In this document: piece after piece, positions 1 through 10,563 of the stretch | Numbering within the stretch: the first letter of the stretch is position 1 | Layout: each line of letters opens with the position of its first letter | Assembly: GCA_963850305.1 (NCBI GenBank) | Contig: CAWKKR010000007.1 | Coordinates: 320,001-384,000, forward strand | Source: an uncultured delta proteobacterium | GTDB taxonomy: Bacteria > Myxococcota_A > Polyangia > Polyangiales > Polyangiaceae | Reading direction: 5' to 3' | Length of the DNA: 64,000 bases | Translations under genes and position numbers: made by a program | Notes under the pieces: generated by a model | What the model saw: the letters and a program-made list of their open reading frames with translations, nothing else | Databases searched by the model: none | What the model was told of the DNA's origin: nothing

Positions 1-121
1 GCACGATGATCTTCGCCGTGACCATGAAGATGACGAGCAACACGAGCATGACGTCCACGAGCGGCGTCACGTTGATCCCGGCGATCAGCCCCTCGTCGTC
101 GTCCGATGTGCCGCCGGCCAT
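1..121 (-). CDS. ExbD/TolR family biopolymer transport protein (5' part; runs off the window start)
   Basis: Manual translation from ATG at 121 gives MAGGTSDDDEGLIAGINVTPLVDVMLVLLVIFMVTA, the INVTPLVDV TM motif of ExbD/TolR. It starts 1 nt after the stop of the ExbB/TolQ gene. Confidence 0.9.
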   Translation of the reverse strand, partial: MAGGTSDDDEGLIAGINVTPLVDVMLVLLVIFMVTAKIIV

Positions 122-122
122 G

Positions 123-827
123 TCAGCTCTCCTCGTCCCGGGCGCGCTTCGGCTTTGGACCCTGGCCGGCTTCCACCCCGGCCAGGTGCGCCGTGAGAAC
201 CCTGCTCAGGACCTCCGTGTTGGCGAGGGTCGACTTCAACTGCCGCATGAAATAGTTATACGTGGCCACCGCGGGAATGGCGACGATGAGCCCGACTGCC
301 GTCGCGACGAGCGCTTCGGCGATGGCGGCCATGACTTCCTGCGGAGCCATGCCCGCGGCAGCTTCGGTCGCGGCCGTGACGGAGTCTTGCCGTCCGAGAG
401 CGGCGAACGCCTGCACGACGCCGATGACGGTACCGAACAGCCCGATGAACGGGGCGTTGTTCCCGAGGGTTCCGAGGAACGCGAGTCGCCGCTCGAGTCG
501 CATGCGCTGTAGGGCTACCGCGCCGGCCATCGCTTCCTGGGCGGCTTCCTTGCCGCGCTCGCTCTCGACGATGCCCGCGACGACGACCGCGGCTTCCGCG
601 CTCGGCGACGCTTCCATCTTCCGCTTCGCGCCCTCGAGGTCACCGTGGCGCAAGAGGTCACGGAGATCGCTCGCGAGCCGGGTGAGATCGTCGCGGAGCG
701 ACCAGTAGAACCATGCGCGCTCAAGCATCACCGCCACCGAGATCACGCTGAGCCCGATGAGGAGCCACATCACCCATTGGGCTCCGAAGTTCGTCATCAG
801 GCGCTGGAGCCATGCGGTCAGATTCAT
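123..827 (-). CDS. MotA/TolQ/ExbB proton channel family protein
   Basis: LGTLGNNAPFIGLFGTVIG and AIAEALVATAVGLIVAIPA motifs; adjacent ExbD/TolR gene. Confidence 0.93.
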   Translation of the reverse strand: MNLTAWLQRLMTNFGAQWVMWLLIGLSVISVAVMLERAWFYWSLRDDLTRLASDLRDLLRHGDLEGAKRKMEASPSAEAAVVVAGIVESERGKEAAQEAMAGAVALQRMRLERRLAFLGTLGNNAPFIGLFGTVIGVVQAFAALGRQDSVTAATEAAAGMAPQEVMAAIAEALVATAVGLIVAIPAVATYNYFMRQLKSTLANTEVLSRVLTAHLAGVEAGQGPKPKRARDEES

Positions 828-1098
828 CGGTCGTTCCTCTTTTCGCCTCGCGGCTTGGGGTCGAAAGCTCGGATTCTCGTGGGTCGCATGGGTAGCCCAA
901 TCCGAGTCACGGCTAAACCGAGAAGCAGCGGGGCTCAGCCGGGCTAGCCTTGAAGCCGCTTGCTACAACTGTCCAGAAGGCTGAGAGCTTCCCCTAATAG
1001 TTGGTTTCCCGTCAGAAAGGTTTCTTGTGGGGGTGAATTCCCCCACTAGCGGGCACCGCGGGGTACCGAGCCATTTCGGGCCCACGACCGGGTCGACA

Positions 1099-2580
1099 CT
1101 AGAGCTCGTGCGGCATCAGGTCGTGGGGGGAGCGGAAAAACTGCATCGGCGAATAGTGTCGGAGGCACGACGCCCGCCGCATGTAGACGTCCGCGTAGGC
1201 GTCCACCTGCTGCCCGAAGCTGCTGAGCTCGTTGTCCTGTTTCAGGAGGGAGCCCCAGTAGGGGTGGAAGCTCCGGTCCACGATGTCCCGGAGCTTCGAG
1301 TGTTCCTCGGAGATCGCCTTGAGCTCGGCGCGGATCCGGTCGATCGCCCGCTTCACGTGTACCCGCTCGACGGCAGCGTCGCCATCGCGTCCGGTCGTCT
1401 TGCCGAGGCCCTTGAACTTGGCTTGATAGAAGCGAAGCTCGTCTTCCAGGTTGTCGCGGGTCTCCTCGAGCTGCCTCTGTCGAGCGATGTCCGCGGAGCA
1501 CCGACCGTGCGCCTCCAGCTCTGCGCCGAGCTCCTGGATGACCATCGCCGTGCGCCACGCGGATTCCTTCTTGGAGCGGAGGATGTCGCCGTAGATGTGA
1601 TCGCCGACGTAGAGAATGCTCGCGCCCGGGACGCCGAGGAGCCGCTCGAAGTCGCTCAGGTTGCCGCCCTCGTAGACCTTGCCGCGCTCGAGGGGTCCGT
1701 GCAGATCCCGGAGCACGTCCCCATCGCGCTCCATAAGAGGTCGTCCCTCCTTGAACCACGCCGGCTTCTGCGCGGCGACGATCACGACGTCGAAGTAGTG
1801 GCGCCACGACGGGTACTCGTTCATCGCGCCGCCGAGCAGGTACTTCATCACCGACTCGGTGTACCCCCAGGGCGAGTTGGTGAGCAGGAAGAGCTTCTTG
1901 CCGGCCGAGCGCAGCTTGTGCAGCGTCTCGGCGAGGTGCGGATCGCGCATGATGTACTTGGAGGGGTCCGGCAGCACGTGCGCGTAGATCGTGCCGTCGC
2001 GGTGCGCTTCGTCGATGCACTCGCGCACGTCGGGGAACAGCTTTCCGTAGTCCACCCGCTCGCCGCGGCGTTCGAGCGCTTCCACGATCGCCGCGTAGGC
2101 AGTCACCTCCGCGAGGGCGAAGAGCGTGTCGATCCAGTGGTAGCGCGTCGTCTGCGGGTGAATGCGCTTCTGCGTGTAGAGCTCCTGCAGCGCGTCCTTC
2201 GCGAGCGGCTGCATGCCGTGGTAGGCCTTCCGCGCGACCTTGAAGCGATTCATCTTGAGGATGTGGCCGTACCGCTTGTCGACGAGCAGCCCGCGGATCG
2301 GAAAGCGGTGGTCATACACCAGCTTCGACAGGGCGCTCGGGTACCCGCGCGCCACGAGCCGCTCGACCGTCGCCTCGACCTGGAGCGAGTCCATCCGCGA
2401 CTGGTCGTAGATGGCGAGCGTGTAGTCCATGTCGAAGCCCATCCACTGCACGCTCGTCATCTTCAGGTTCCGGTTCACCCAGACCCGCTCCGACTCGGGG
2501 ATCTTCGACGACGCCGGGTGCGGCGAGGCCCCGAGGGGCATCGGTAAATGGAGCTGGCGAACTGGACCGGATCCGTCCAA
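1099..2580 (-). CDS. HAD-IG family 5'-nucleotidase (cN-II type)
   Basis: GFDMDYTL, LFLLTNS, AQKP and YVGDHIYGDI HAD motifs. Confidence 0.93.
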   Translation of the reverse strand: MDGSGPVRQLHLPMPLGASPHPASSKIPESERVWVNRNLKMTSVQWMGFDMDYTLAIYDQSRMDSLQVEATVERLVARGYPSALSKLVYDHRFPIRGLLVDKRYGHILKMNRFKVARKAYHGMQPLAKDALQELYTQKRIHPQTTRYHWIDTLFALAEVTAYAAIVEALERRGERVDYGKLFPDVRECIDEAHRDGTIYAHVLPDPSKYIMRDPHLAETLHKLRSAGKKLFLLTNSPWGYTESVMKYLLGGAMNEYPSWRHYFDVVIVAAQKPAWFKEGRPLMERDGDVLRDLHGPLERGKVYEGGNLSDFERLLGVPGASILYVGDHIYGDILRSKKESAWRTAMVIQELGAELEAHGRCSADIARQRQLEETRDNLEDELRFYQAKFKGLGKTTGRDGDAAVERVHVKRAIDRIRAELKAISEEHSKLRDIVDRSFHPYWGSLLKQDNELSSFGQQVDAYADVYMRRASCLRHYSPMQFFRSPHDLMPHEL

Positions 2581-2626
2581 GAGACGATCAGTTTAGCAGA
2601 TGTTTCCGGGGCGCCCGGGCCTCGCG

Positions 2627-3713
2627 TCACGCGCCTTTCGAGCTCACGCCCACGCCGTGTCCGGCGCGGAATCCCCGAGACGAGGATGTTCGGTCCGCGT
2701 TGCTCCCAGCCGCCGGTCGTCGGGTCGCTTTTCATGAAGAGTGGCGTGTCGAGGTCCACGAACTCGAAGCCGCCCACTCCGGCCGCGAGGCACGCGGACA
2801 CGGTCATCGCGAGCTTCGTCTCCACCATGCCGCCGATCATGAGCGCGAGGTGATAGCCGCGGGCCGCCGCGATCATGTCGCACGCCTCCGCGAGCCCGCA
2901 CTTGGTGATCTTCACGTTCACGACGTCCGCGGCGCGCGTCGACGCGACGACCGCGACGTCGGTTGCGGAGCGCACGCTCTCGTCCGCGGCGACGAGCACC
3001 CGCGTGCGCTTTCTCACCGTGCGCATCCCATCGAGGTCGTCCGCGGCCGTCGGTTGTTCGAACAACGCCACGTTGCCCGCGCCGATGCGCTCGACCAGCT
3101 CGACCGCGGCCTCCGCGGACAGGCTCGCGTTGGCGTCGAGGATCAGCCGTGCCCCCGGCGCGCCTTCCAGGATGGCGCGAAGCCGTTCCACGTCACGCTC
3201 GATGTCCGCGCCCCCCACCTTCACCTTGAGCGTCCGGAAGCCGTCCCGTGCGGAGCGGCGTGCGGCTTCGATCGCGTGCTCCGTCGTGCCCGTCACGATC
3301 GTCACGTCCGTCTCGAGGCCGTCTTCGGCGCCCCCGAAGAACCGATGCAGCGAGAGCCCTGCGCGGCGCGTGACCGCATCGAGGACGGCCGACTCCAGCG
3401 CTGCACGGGCACTCGGTACGTCCGGGATCGCCTCGCGCAGGATGGCCGCGATCCGGCGCCAGCGCGTCGCGTCCTCGCCGACGAGGCCGCTCGTCGCCCG
3501 TTCGACGGCGGCGAGCGCGTCGGCCTGCGTCTCGCCGTTCACAGCCGGAAACGGCGCGGCTTCCCCGAGTCCGACCGTGCCGTCTCCGAGCCGCACTGTG
3601 ACCAGTACATTGGCCGCGACATGTTGCGCGCCGGTCGCGATCCCGAACGGCTCCGAGAGCGCGACGTTCCAGGGCTCGGCGTGAACGGAGGCGATGTGTG
3701 TGGGGGCGGTCAT
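2627..3713 (-). CDS. L-Ala-D/L-Glu dipeptide epimerase (enolase superfamily), with a probable +1 frameshift at 2668-2669
   Basis: KVKVG, LDAN, FEQP, ADES, NVKITKCG, GGMVET and DLDTP motifs. Removing one G at 2668-2669 gives a normal end (...IRAGHGVGVSSKGA*) at 2627 instead of read-through into the next gene. Confidence 0.85.
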
Positions 3714-3855
3714 GGGGGAGGGTCGCGGATGGGCGCACGAAGGTAAACCCGCATGGGAGGGCGACGCTAGCCGGCGGCGTGGGCGGTCACGGCCGAGTTC
3801 CCCTTCGGCATGCCGGACGTTGCTACCGTGGTAGCCTCTGCGAGGACCCACATCG

Positions 3856-4566
3856 ATGCGTCCCGTCGTCATCCTGGTCGCCGGAGATCCCGTGCCGGGC
3901 GTTCGAGCGTCGCGGGGCGGGTTTGCGGAGCTCATCCGCGGCGCGGCCGGAGCGAGTTTCGGCGGGCCCTGGCTGGACGTCGAGCTGCGCGACGGCTCGG
4001 CGCTGCCGGAGCCGGAAACCCTCTCGGGCGCGATCATCACCGGCTCCGCGTCGAGCGTCACGGACCGCGAGCCGTGGGTGCTCCGGGGCGAGGCGTATCT
4101 CCGCGAGCTCGTCCGGCGCCGCGTGCCGACGTTCGGGATCTGCTTCGGACATCAGATGCTCGGGCAGGCCCTCGGCGGCCACGTGGCGCGTAACCCGCGC
4201 GGCCGCGAGATTGGCACCGTGCCCTTCGACGTCGTGCGCGACGACCCCCTGTTCGCGAGCGTCCACCCACCTTGTCGCGCCAATACGACGCACGTCGACG
4301 CGGTGGAACGCCTTCCGCCGGGCGCGACCCTACTCGCGACGACCGAGCGCGAGCCTCACGCCGCGGTGCGGTTCTCCGAGACGGCCTGGGGCGTCCAGTT
4401 CCACCCGGAGATGGACGGCGAGGTCGTGCGCGGCTATCTCGAAGCGCGCCGCGAGATCCTCGTTCGCGAAGGCTTCGACGTGGACCGGCTCATCGCGGAC
4501 ACGGACGATGCACCCGCGGGCAGAGCGACGCTGGCAAGGTTTCTGGAGATCATCGTCGCGAGCTGA
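3856..4566 (+). CDS. Class I glutamine amidotransferase-like protein
   Basis: IITGS, GICFGHQ (nucleophile Cys) and GVQFHPE (His-Glu). Confidence 0.9.
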   Translation: MRPVVILVAGDPVPGVRASRGGFAELIRGAAGASFGGPWLDVELRDGSALPEPETLSGAIITGSASSVTDREPWVLRGEAYLRELVRRRVPTFGICFGHQMLGQALGGHVARNPRGREIGTVPFDVVRDDPLFASVHPPCRANTTHVDAVERLPPGATLLATTEREPHAAVRFSETAWGVQFHPEMDGEVVRGYLEARREILVREGFDVDRLIADTDDAPAGRATLARFLEIIVAS

Positions 4567-4744
4567 CGTCCTGAGGCGTGCCCGGTAGGGCCAGACCCAG
4601 GCGAAGGACGCCGTCACCTTCCTCGCGTGTGGTGGCCCCGTTGAAAGCCGAGCGACCCCCCTTCCGTCCAACTCGGCGCCCCTCGCCCTCGCCTTCGCCC
4701 TGCACCTTGCGCGCCGCCTCTCGCCCCCGCTCCCGGGCCCGTCC

Positions 4745-5884
4745 TCAGAACGACGGCAGCGTCGCGAACCGGTCGACGTGGTGGTCCTCGTCTCCGTAGA
4801 GGGCGCAGAGCGACTGCATCCGCTTGAAGTAGAGGCCGATGTTGTGCTCGTCGGTGACGCCGATGCCGCCGTGGAGCTGGATGCCCTGGCGCGTGACGAA
4901 GAAGCCGCCCCTGGAGAGCTGCTTCTTGGCGATCGAGACGGAGCGCTTGCGCTCCACATCGTCGCTCGAGTCGGCGTGGAGCATCGCGAGGATCGCGGTG
5001 CTCTTGCAGAGCTCGACCTGCACGAACATGTCGACGAGCCGGTGCTGGAGGGCCTGGAAGGTGCCGATCTTGACACCGAACTGCTCCCTCTCGCAGAGGT
5101 AGTCCCGCGTCATCTGGAGCGTCGCCTGATTGATGCCCGAGCCTTCACACGCCGACGCGGCCGCGCCGTAGTCCTGCGCACGGTCGAGGATCGGCGTGGC
5201 CTTGCCCTCGGCGCCGATGAGGGCGTCCGCAGCGACGCTGACCCCCTCGAGCTCGATGAGCGCCGCCTTGTGGCTGTCCATGCACGCGACGGTCTTGATC
5301 TTGAGTCCGGGCGCGCCGCGATCGACGACGAAGAGCGACACGCCCTCCTTGTCGCGCGGTCCGCCGGACGTGCGCGCGCTCACGAGGATGTGATCGGCGG
5401 CCTGGCCGTTCAGCACCCACTCTTTCTTGCCGGTGAGCCTGTAGCCGGTGCCCGTCTTTTCCGCGCGCGTCTCGACGTTCGAAACCTCGTAGCGGCTGTT
5501 TTTCTCGACGTAGGCGAGGGCGAGGGACGTCTTGCCCTCGATCATCGACGGCAGGTACTTCTGCTGCTGCGCTTCTGTCCCGTAATGCGAGAGCGTCATG
5601 CCCGCGACGATGACCGACGGGATGTACGGCTCCGGCACGAGCGTCGCACCGAGCCGCTCGATGACGAGCCCTGCATCGAGGAACGTGCCTCCGATGCCGC
5701 CGACGCTCTCGGGCAGTGGCACTCCGAGCCACCCGAGCTCGCCCATCTTCGCCCAGACCTGCTTGTCCCACCCGACGTCGCTCTCGCGAATCTTGCGGAC
5801 GCGTTCGACCGGCGAGTCCTTCTTCGTGAAGTTCGAAACGGTTTCGACCAGCATTTTCTGGTCTTCGGTGATCTGGAAGTTCAT
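4745..5884 (-). CDS. Acyl-CoA dehydrogenase (probable second subunit of an ACAD pair)
   Basis: MNFQITEDQKML start; REQFGVKIGTFQALQHRL and QLHGGIGVTDE motifs. Confidence 0.92.
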   Translation of the reverse strand: MNFQITEDQKMLVETVSNFTKKDSPVERVRKIRESDVGWDKQVWAKMGELGWLGVPLPESVGGIGGTFLDAGLVIERLGATLVPEPYIPSVIVAGMTLSHYGTEAQQQKYLPSMIEGKTSLALAYVEKNSRYEVSNVETRAEKTGTGYRLTGKKEWVLNGQAADHILVSARTSGGPRDKEGVSLFVVDRGAPGLKIKTVACMDSHKAALIELEGVSVAADALIGAEGKATPILDRAQDYGAAASACEGSGINQATLQMTRDYLCEREQFGVKIGTFQALQHRLVDMFVQVELCKSTAILAMLHADSSDDVERKRSVSIAKKQLSRGGFFVTRQGIQLHGGIGVTDEHNIGLYFKRMQSLCALYGDEDHHVDRFATLPSF

Positions 5885-6100
5885 GGAGAGTTTTGCTTCG
5901 TTCGGGGTGACTGGACGGTCACGCGACAATCGTTCGCTGACGAACAGCGGGCGCCCGGCCTCGCCGGGTATGTCAGGTGTGTTGTGGGCCTCTTCGGTGG
6001 ATCGTGATCTGCTCTTCCAGGGACCGATCAGGTCGTCGTGGCTTCCGGGGCTTTGCCCCGTGTCAGCGGTTCCGTTCTGTCGGGTCGGCGGTTCGCGCCG

Positions 6101-7286
6101 TCATGTGCCCGGGAGTCCCAGGACCATCTTCGCGATGATGTTCTTCTGAATTTCGTTCGAGCCCGCGTAGATGGTGGCGGCGCGGAGGTAGTTGTGTTCG
6201 GACGCGACGGACTCTTCACGGGCGGGGATGGTTCCCTCCGCGTTGAACCAGTTGAGGCCGTGGTGGCCCATGAGGTCCATCATCAGCTCGAAGCACTCTT
6301 GCTGGATCTCGGTGCCCCGAAGCTTCAGGATGCTGGACTCGGGGCCCGGAGCCTTGCCCGTCTGCGCGCTCGCGACGGTGCGGTAGTTCGCCATGCGGAG
6401 CGCCTCGAGGTCCATCTCGAGCCGCGCGATGCGGCCGCGGTACCCGGGATGATCGAGCGCAGGTTTGCCGTCGATCATCGTATCGCGAGCGATCTTCTTG
6501 ATGCGGACGATCTGTCGCGTCGAACGACCGACGCCCGCGACGAGCGTGCGCTCGTGGCCGAGGAGCGCCTTCGCGTACGTCCAGCCCATGTTCGGCTCGC
6601 CGACGATGTTCTCGGCGGGGACCTTCGCGTTCTCGAACCAGGTCTCGCAGAAGGCGAGCGTGTTGCCCGTCGTGAGAAACGGCTTCGCGACGACGCCCGG
6701 CGTCTTCATGTCGACGAGGAAGAAGCTGATACCGCTCTGCTTCTTGCCGGTCGCGTCCGTCCGCGCGAGGACGAAGATCCAGTCGGCGTACTGCGCGTAC
6801 GTCGTCCAGGTCTTCTGCCCGTTCATGATGTAGTTGCCGTGACCGTCGGGCTCGGCGCGGAGCTTCAGGGAGGCGAGGTCGCTGCCGGCGTTGGGCTCGG
6901 AGTAGCCCTGACACCAGACCTCCTCGCCGCTCAGGATCTTCGGCAGGAAGCGTTCCTTCTGTGCCTTGCTCCCGAACTGGATGATGAGCGGCCCCACCAT
7001 GCCGAGCCCGAACGGCGAGAGCGTCGGGGCGCTCGCGAGCTCGAGCTCCTCGCTCAGGATGAACCGCTTCGCGACGTCGAAGCCCGGGCCTCCCGCGTCC
7101 TTCGGCCAGTGAGCGGCGATCCAGCCCTTCTTGTAGAGGATCTTGTGCCATTCCATCTGCTCGTCGTGATCGAACGCGCCGTCTACGGCGGCCTTCGCCT
7201 TGATGTTCGGCGGCATGGCCGACTGGATCCACTCCCGAACTTCATCGCGGAACTCGAGTTGCTCGGGCGTAAACGAAAGGTCTCAT
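6101..7286 (-). CDS. Acyl-CoA dehydrogenase, with one extra base right after the start codon (7283)
   Basis: WCQGYSEPNAGSDLASL, NGQKTWT and TIYAGSNEIQKNII motifs. The minus strand reads ATG-A-GAC CTT TCG TTT ACG; removing the A gives the typical MDLSFTPEQLEFRDEVREW start. Confidence 0.9.
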
Positions 7287-7468
7287 CCTGGGTTCTCCGT
7301 GAGCGGCAATCGGAGCGAGCCTTCGAGCGGGCCGCCGCGCCTTGCCGGGGCGCGGACAGTACCATGAGGGTCGGGTCGGATGTCACGGGGGCTGGTTTGG
7401 GCGGTGAGCGGCCACGCTCGACGGCCCGGGCTGCCTGGGGTAAAGCGCCGCCTCTTCACGAGGCAACC

Positions 7469-8572
<1,104 letters not shown>

Positions 8573-8720
8573 CGCCGGGGTCCGCTAGCTTCGAGCACGT
8601 GCCCAGCTGGGTGGTCTCGAGCGTTCATGTCGAGCCTGACGGGTTGGCTGATCCGCGGAGCTACGCGCCTGCTTCGCCGGGGGTCACGGGAGCATGCGAC
8701 TCGGCGTTAGCCCGGACGAT

Positions 8721-8927
8721 CTCTTCATCGGTAAATCTGGGGCCATTCTTCTCGGATTCCCCGACACGACTCAGGACGCGGACCTGTATCTCGAGAAGAA
8801 CCCCGAGAACGGGGCCCGCGCCGTCGATGCCGCGTGTGCACTGGGTTTCGGCCTGACGGACGCGGAAGCGGACGAGGTCCGTCGCGGGAAGGACTTCGTG
8901 CAGCTGAAGGACGGGCCCTTCGACGAG
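8721..8927 (+). pseudogene. Truncated Pol-beta-superfamily nucleotidyltransferase fragment (MNT/AbiEii-like)
   Basis: LFIGKSGAILLGFPDTTQDADLY fits G-x-x-G/A...T-x-D-x-D. There is no clean start, and the protein-like reading ends at the stop codon of the convergent gene (8928). Confidence 0.6.
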
Positions 8928-9767
8928 CTACTGCTGGGGTTGCCTCTTGCCCTTGATGAGCAAGTAGATGCCGTAGATGCCGCAGGTGAGGACGATGAGG
9001 AGCACCGTGATGATCGGGTTCGGGCCGCCAACCGTGCCGGGGATGGGATCCATCGGTTCGTCGTAGTTCGCCATCGGCGCGGGCGGCACGGGTGACATGG
9101 CGGCAGGCTGCGCGGGCACCATGGCGTGGGGTGCTCCGGAGGCCACCGGTGCCGTCGCGCCGAGCGCGTCGGAGTTGCCGAAACCCGGCGGGGGAGCGCC
9201 GAAACCAGGGGGCGGCCCGCCGATGTCGTAACTTCCCGGTGCGCTCGCCGTTGGCGGCGCCTGCGGGAACCCTCCGAACGCCCCGGCATCCGCGACGACA
9301 GTGCCGCCGAGCGGGTTCACGGACGAGACGGGTTGCGGAATTGATTGAGCCGGTGGGGGTGCGTAAGCGGGTGCGGGCGGCGGCTCGTACGCAGGCGCGG
9401 GGGCACTGTAAGCGGCGGGTGGCTGCGCGACGGGGGGTGCGCTCGGCGCTCCTCCGAGCGGGCTGTTCGAGCCGAGAGAGGGGGGCGCGACGCCGATCAT
9501 CGTTCCCTTGAGTTTTGGCTTGGGGGCCTGGGGAGCCGCCGCAGCCACGGGCGGCGCCGAGGCCACCGCCGGGGCGACAGGTGCGGCCGGCGCAGGTGCG
9601 ACGGGGGCCGCGGGTGCTGCTGGTTTCGCTGCCGTGGGCGGCGCGTTCATCATCAGCATCGTGCCCTTGAACTTGGGCGCCGCCGCGGCGGCCCTCAGCG
9701 CGAAGCCGCACTTGGCGCAGGCCGTCGCCGTATCCACATTCTGTGCACCGCAGTTCGGGCAAAACAC
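8928..9767 (-). CDS. Zinc-ribbon, Pro/Ala-rich, C-terminally membrane-anchored protein
   Basis: GGAGGT RBS before GTG; N-terminal FCPNCG...CAKCG; long Pro/Ala linker; C-terminal TM segment LLIVLTCGIYGIYLL. Confidence 0.85.
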   Translation of the reverse strand: MFCPNCGAQNVDTATACAKCGFALRAAAAAPKFKGTMLMMNAPPTAAKPAAPAAPVAPAPAAPVAPAVASAPPVAAAAPQAPKPKLKGTMIGVAPPSLGSNSPLGGAPSAPPVAQPPAAYSAPAPAYEPPPAPAYAPPPAQSIPQPVSSVNPLGGTVVADAGAFGGFPQAPPTASAPGSYDIGGPPPGFGAPPPGFGNSDALGATAPVASGAPHAMVPAQPAAMSPVPPAPMANYDEPMDPIPGTVGGPNPIITVLLIVLTCGIYGIYLLIKGKRQPQQ

Positions 9768-9925
9768 GCAAGTACCTCCACGAGAGAGACCGGGGCCCCG
9801 AGCGTACACGGCTGGGGCTGCGCTTCCAAGCACGACATCGAATACCGCTGCTGCTTTCATGGCTCCCTGGTACGAGTGTCCGTCGGTTGCAGAAAACCCG
9901 CCGACTTTCCCCGGAAACCGTGGCC

Positions 9926-9955
9926 TTGACACGTCGCTTTCACCGTCACTACGGT
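9926..9955 (+). promoter_or_regulatory. sigma70-type promoter of the nuoEF-JKLMN operon
   Basis: TTGACA (9926-9931), 18-nt spacer, TACGGT (9950-9955), about 90 nt before nuoE. Confidence 0.55.
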
Positions 9956-10046
9956 GCGCACGCCGGTGCGCCTGGAAAGCCCGGACATCGACTGTCGTGC
10001 GGCCCGTTGCCGCCCGCCGGCCGAGCGAGTCGAGGATAGTTCGAAG

Positions 10047-10529
10047 ATGCCATTCGCCCTGAGCGAAGAACGCGACCGAGAACTGGCGAAGATCCTTTCG
10101 CGGTACCCGAACCGGATGGCCGCGTGCATTCCGGTGCTTCACCTCTGTCAGGAGGCGAACGAGGGATGGGTGTCGACGGACGTCATCGCGTTCGTCGCCG
10201 AGCGACTCGGTCTCAGCGCGGCGCACGTGAAGGGTGTGGTCACGTTCTATTCACTCTTCAACGAGACGCCGCCCGGCAAACATCAGGTCTGGGTTTGCCG
10301 CACTCTGTCTTGCGCCCTTCGCGGGAGCGGAGCGCTCATAGAGCATTGCGAGAAGCGGCTCGGCGTGCACGTCGGCGGCACGACCAAGGACGGAAAGGTG
10401 ACGTTGCGAACGGCGGAATGCCTCGCCGCGTGCGGCACCGCCCCCGTCATGCAAGTCGACAAGACGTATCACGAGAACCTCACCAAAGAGTCCGTGGACG
10501 AGATCCTCGACGGCCTCATCCGAGGTTGA
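10047..10529 (+). CDS. nuoE: NADH-quinone oxidoreductase subunit E
   Basis: VVTFYSLF, VCRTLSC and ECLAACGTAP 2Fe-2S motifs. Confidence 0.95.
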   Translation: MPFALSEERDRELAKILSRYPNRMAACIPVLHLCQEANEGWVSTDVIAFVAERLGLSAAHVKGVVTFYSLFNETPPGKHQVWVCRTLSCALRGSGALIEHCEKRLGVHVGGTTKDGKVTLRTAECLAACGTAPVMQVDKTYHENLTKESVDEILDGLIRG

Positions 10530-10563
10530 CGCAGGCGAGCGAGAAGCGGGGTCTTTCGGGAAC

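Noticed and set aside
828..1098. Cobalamin riboswitch upstream of the exbB/exbD-type genes
   Set aside because: The context is plausible, but I could not find the B12-box or other conserved core segments on the minus strand.
4567..4744. CCCTCG-type micro-repeats and a GTAGGGCC start in a convergent intergenic region
   Set aside because: Low-complexity sequence with no closing palindrome and no match to the 50833 element.
6038..7468. 844-aa N-terminally extended YchF in the ORF track
   Set aside because: The extension is the antisense of an acyl-CoA dehydrogenase; the real start is MGFSCG at 7469.
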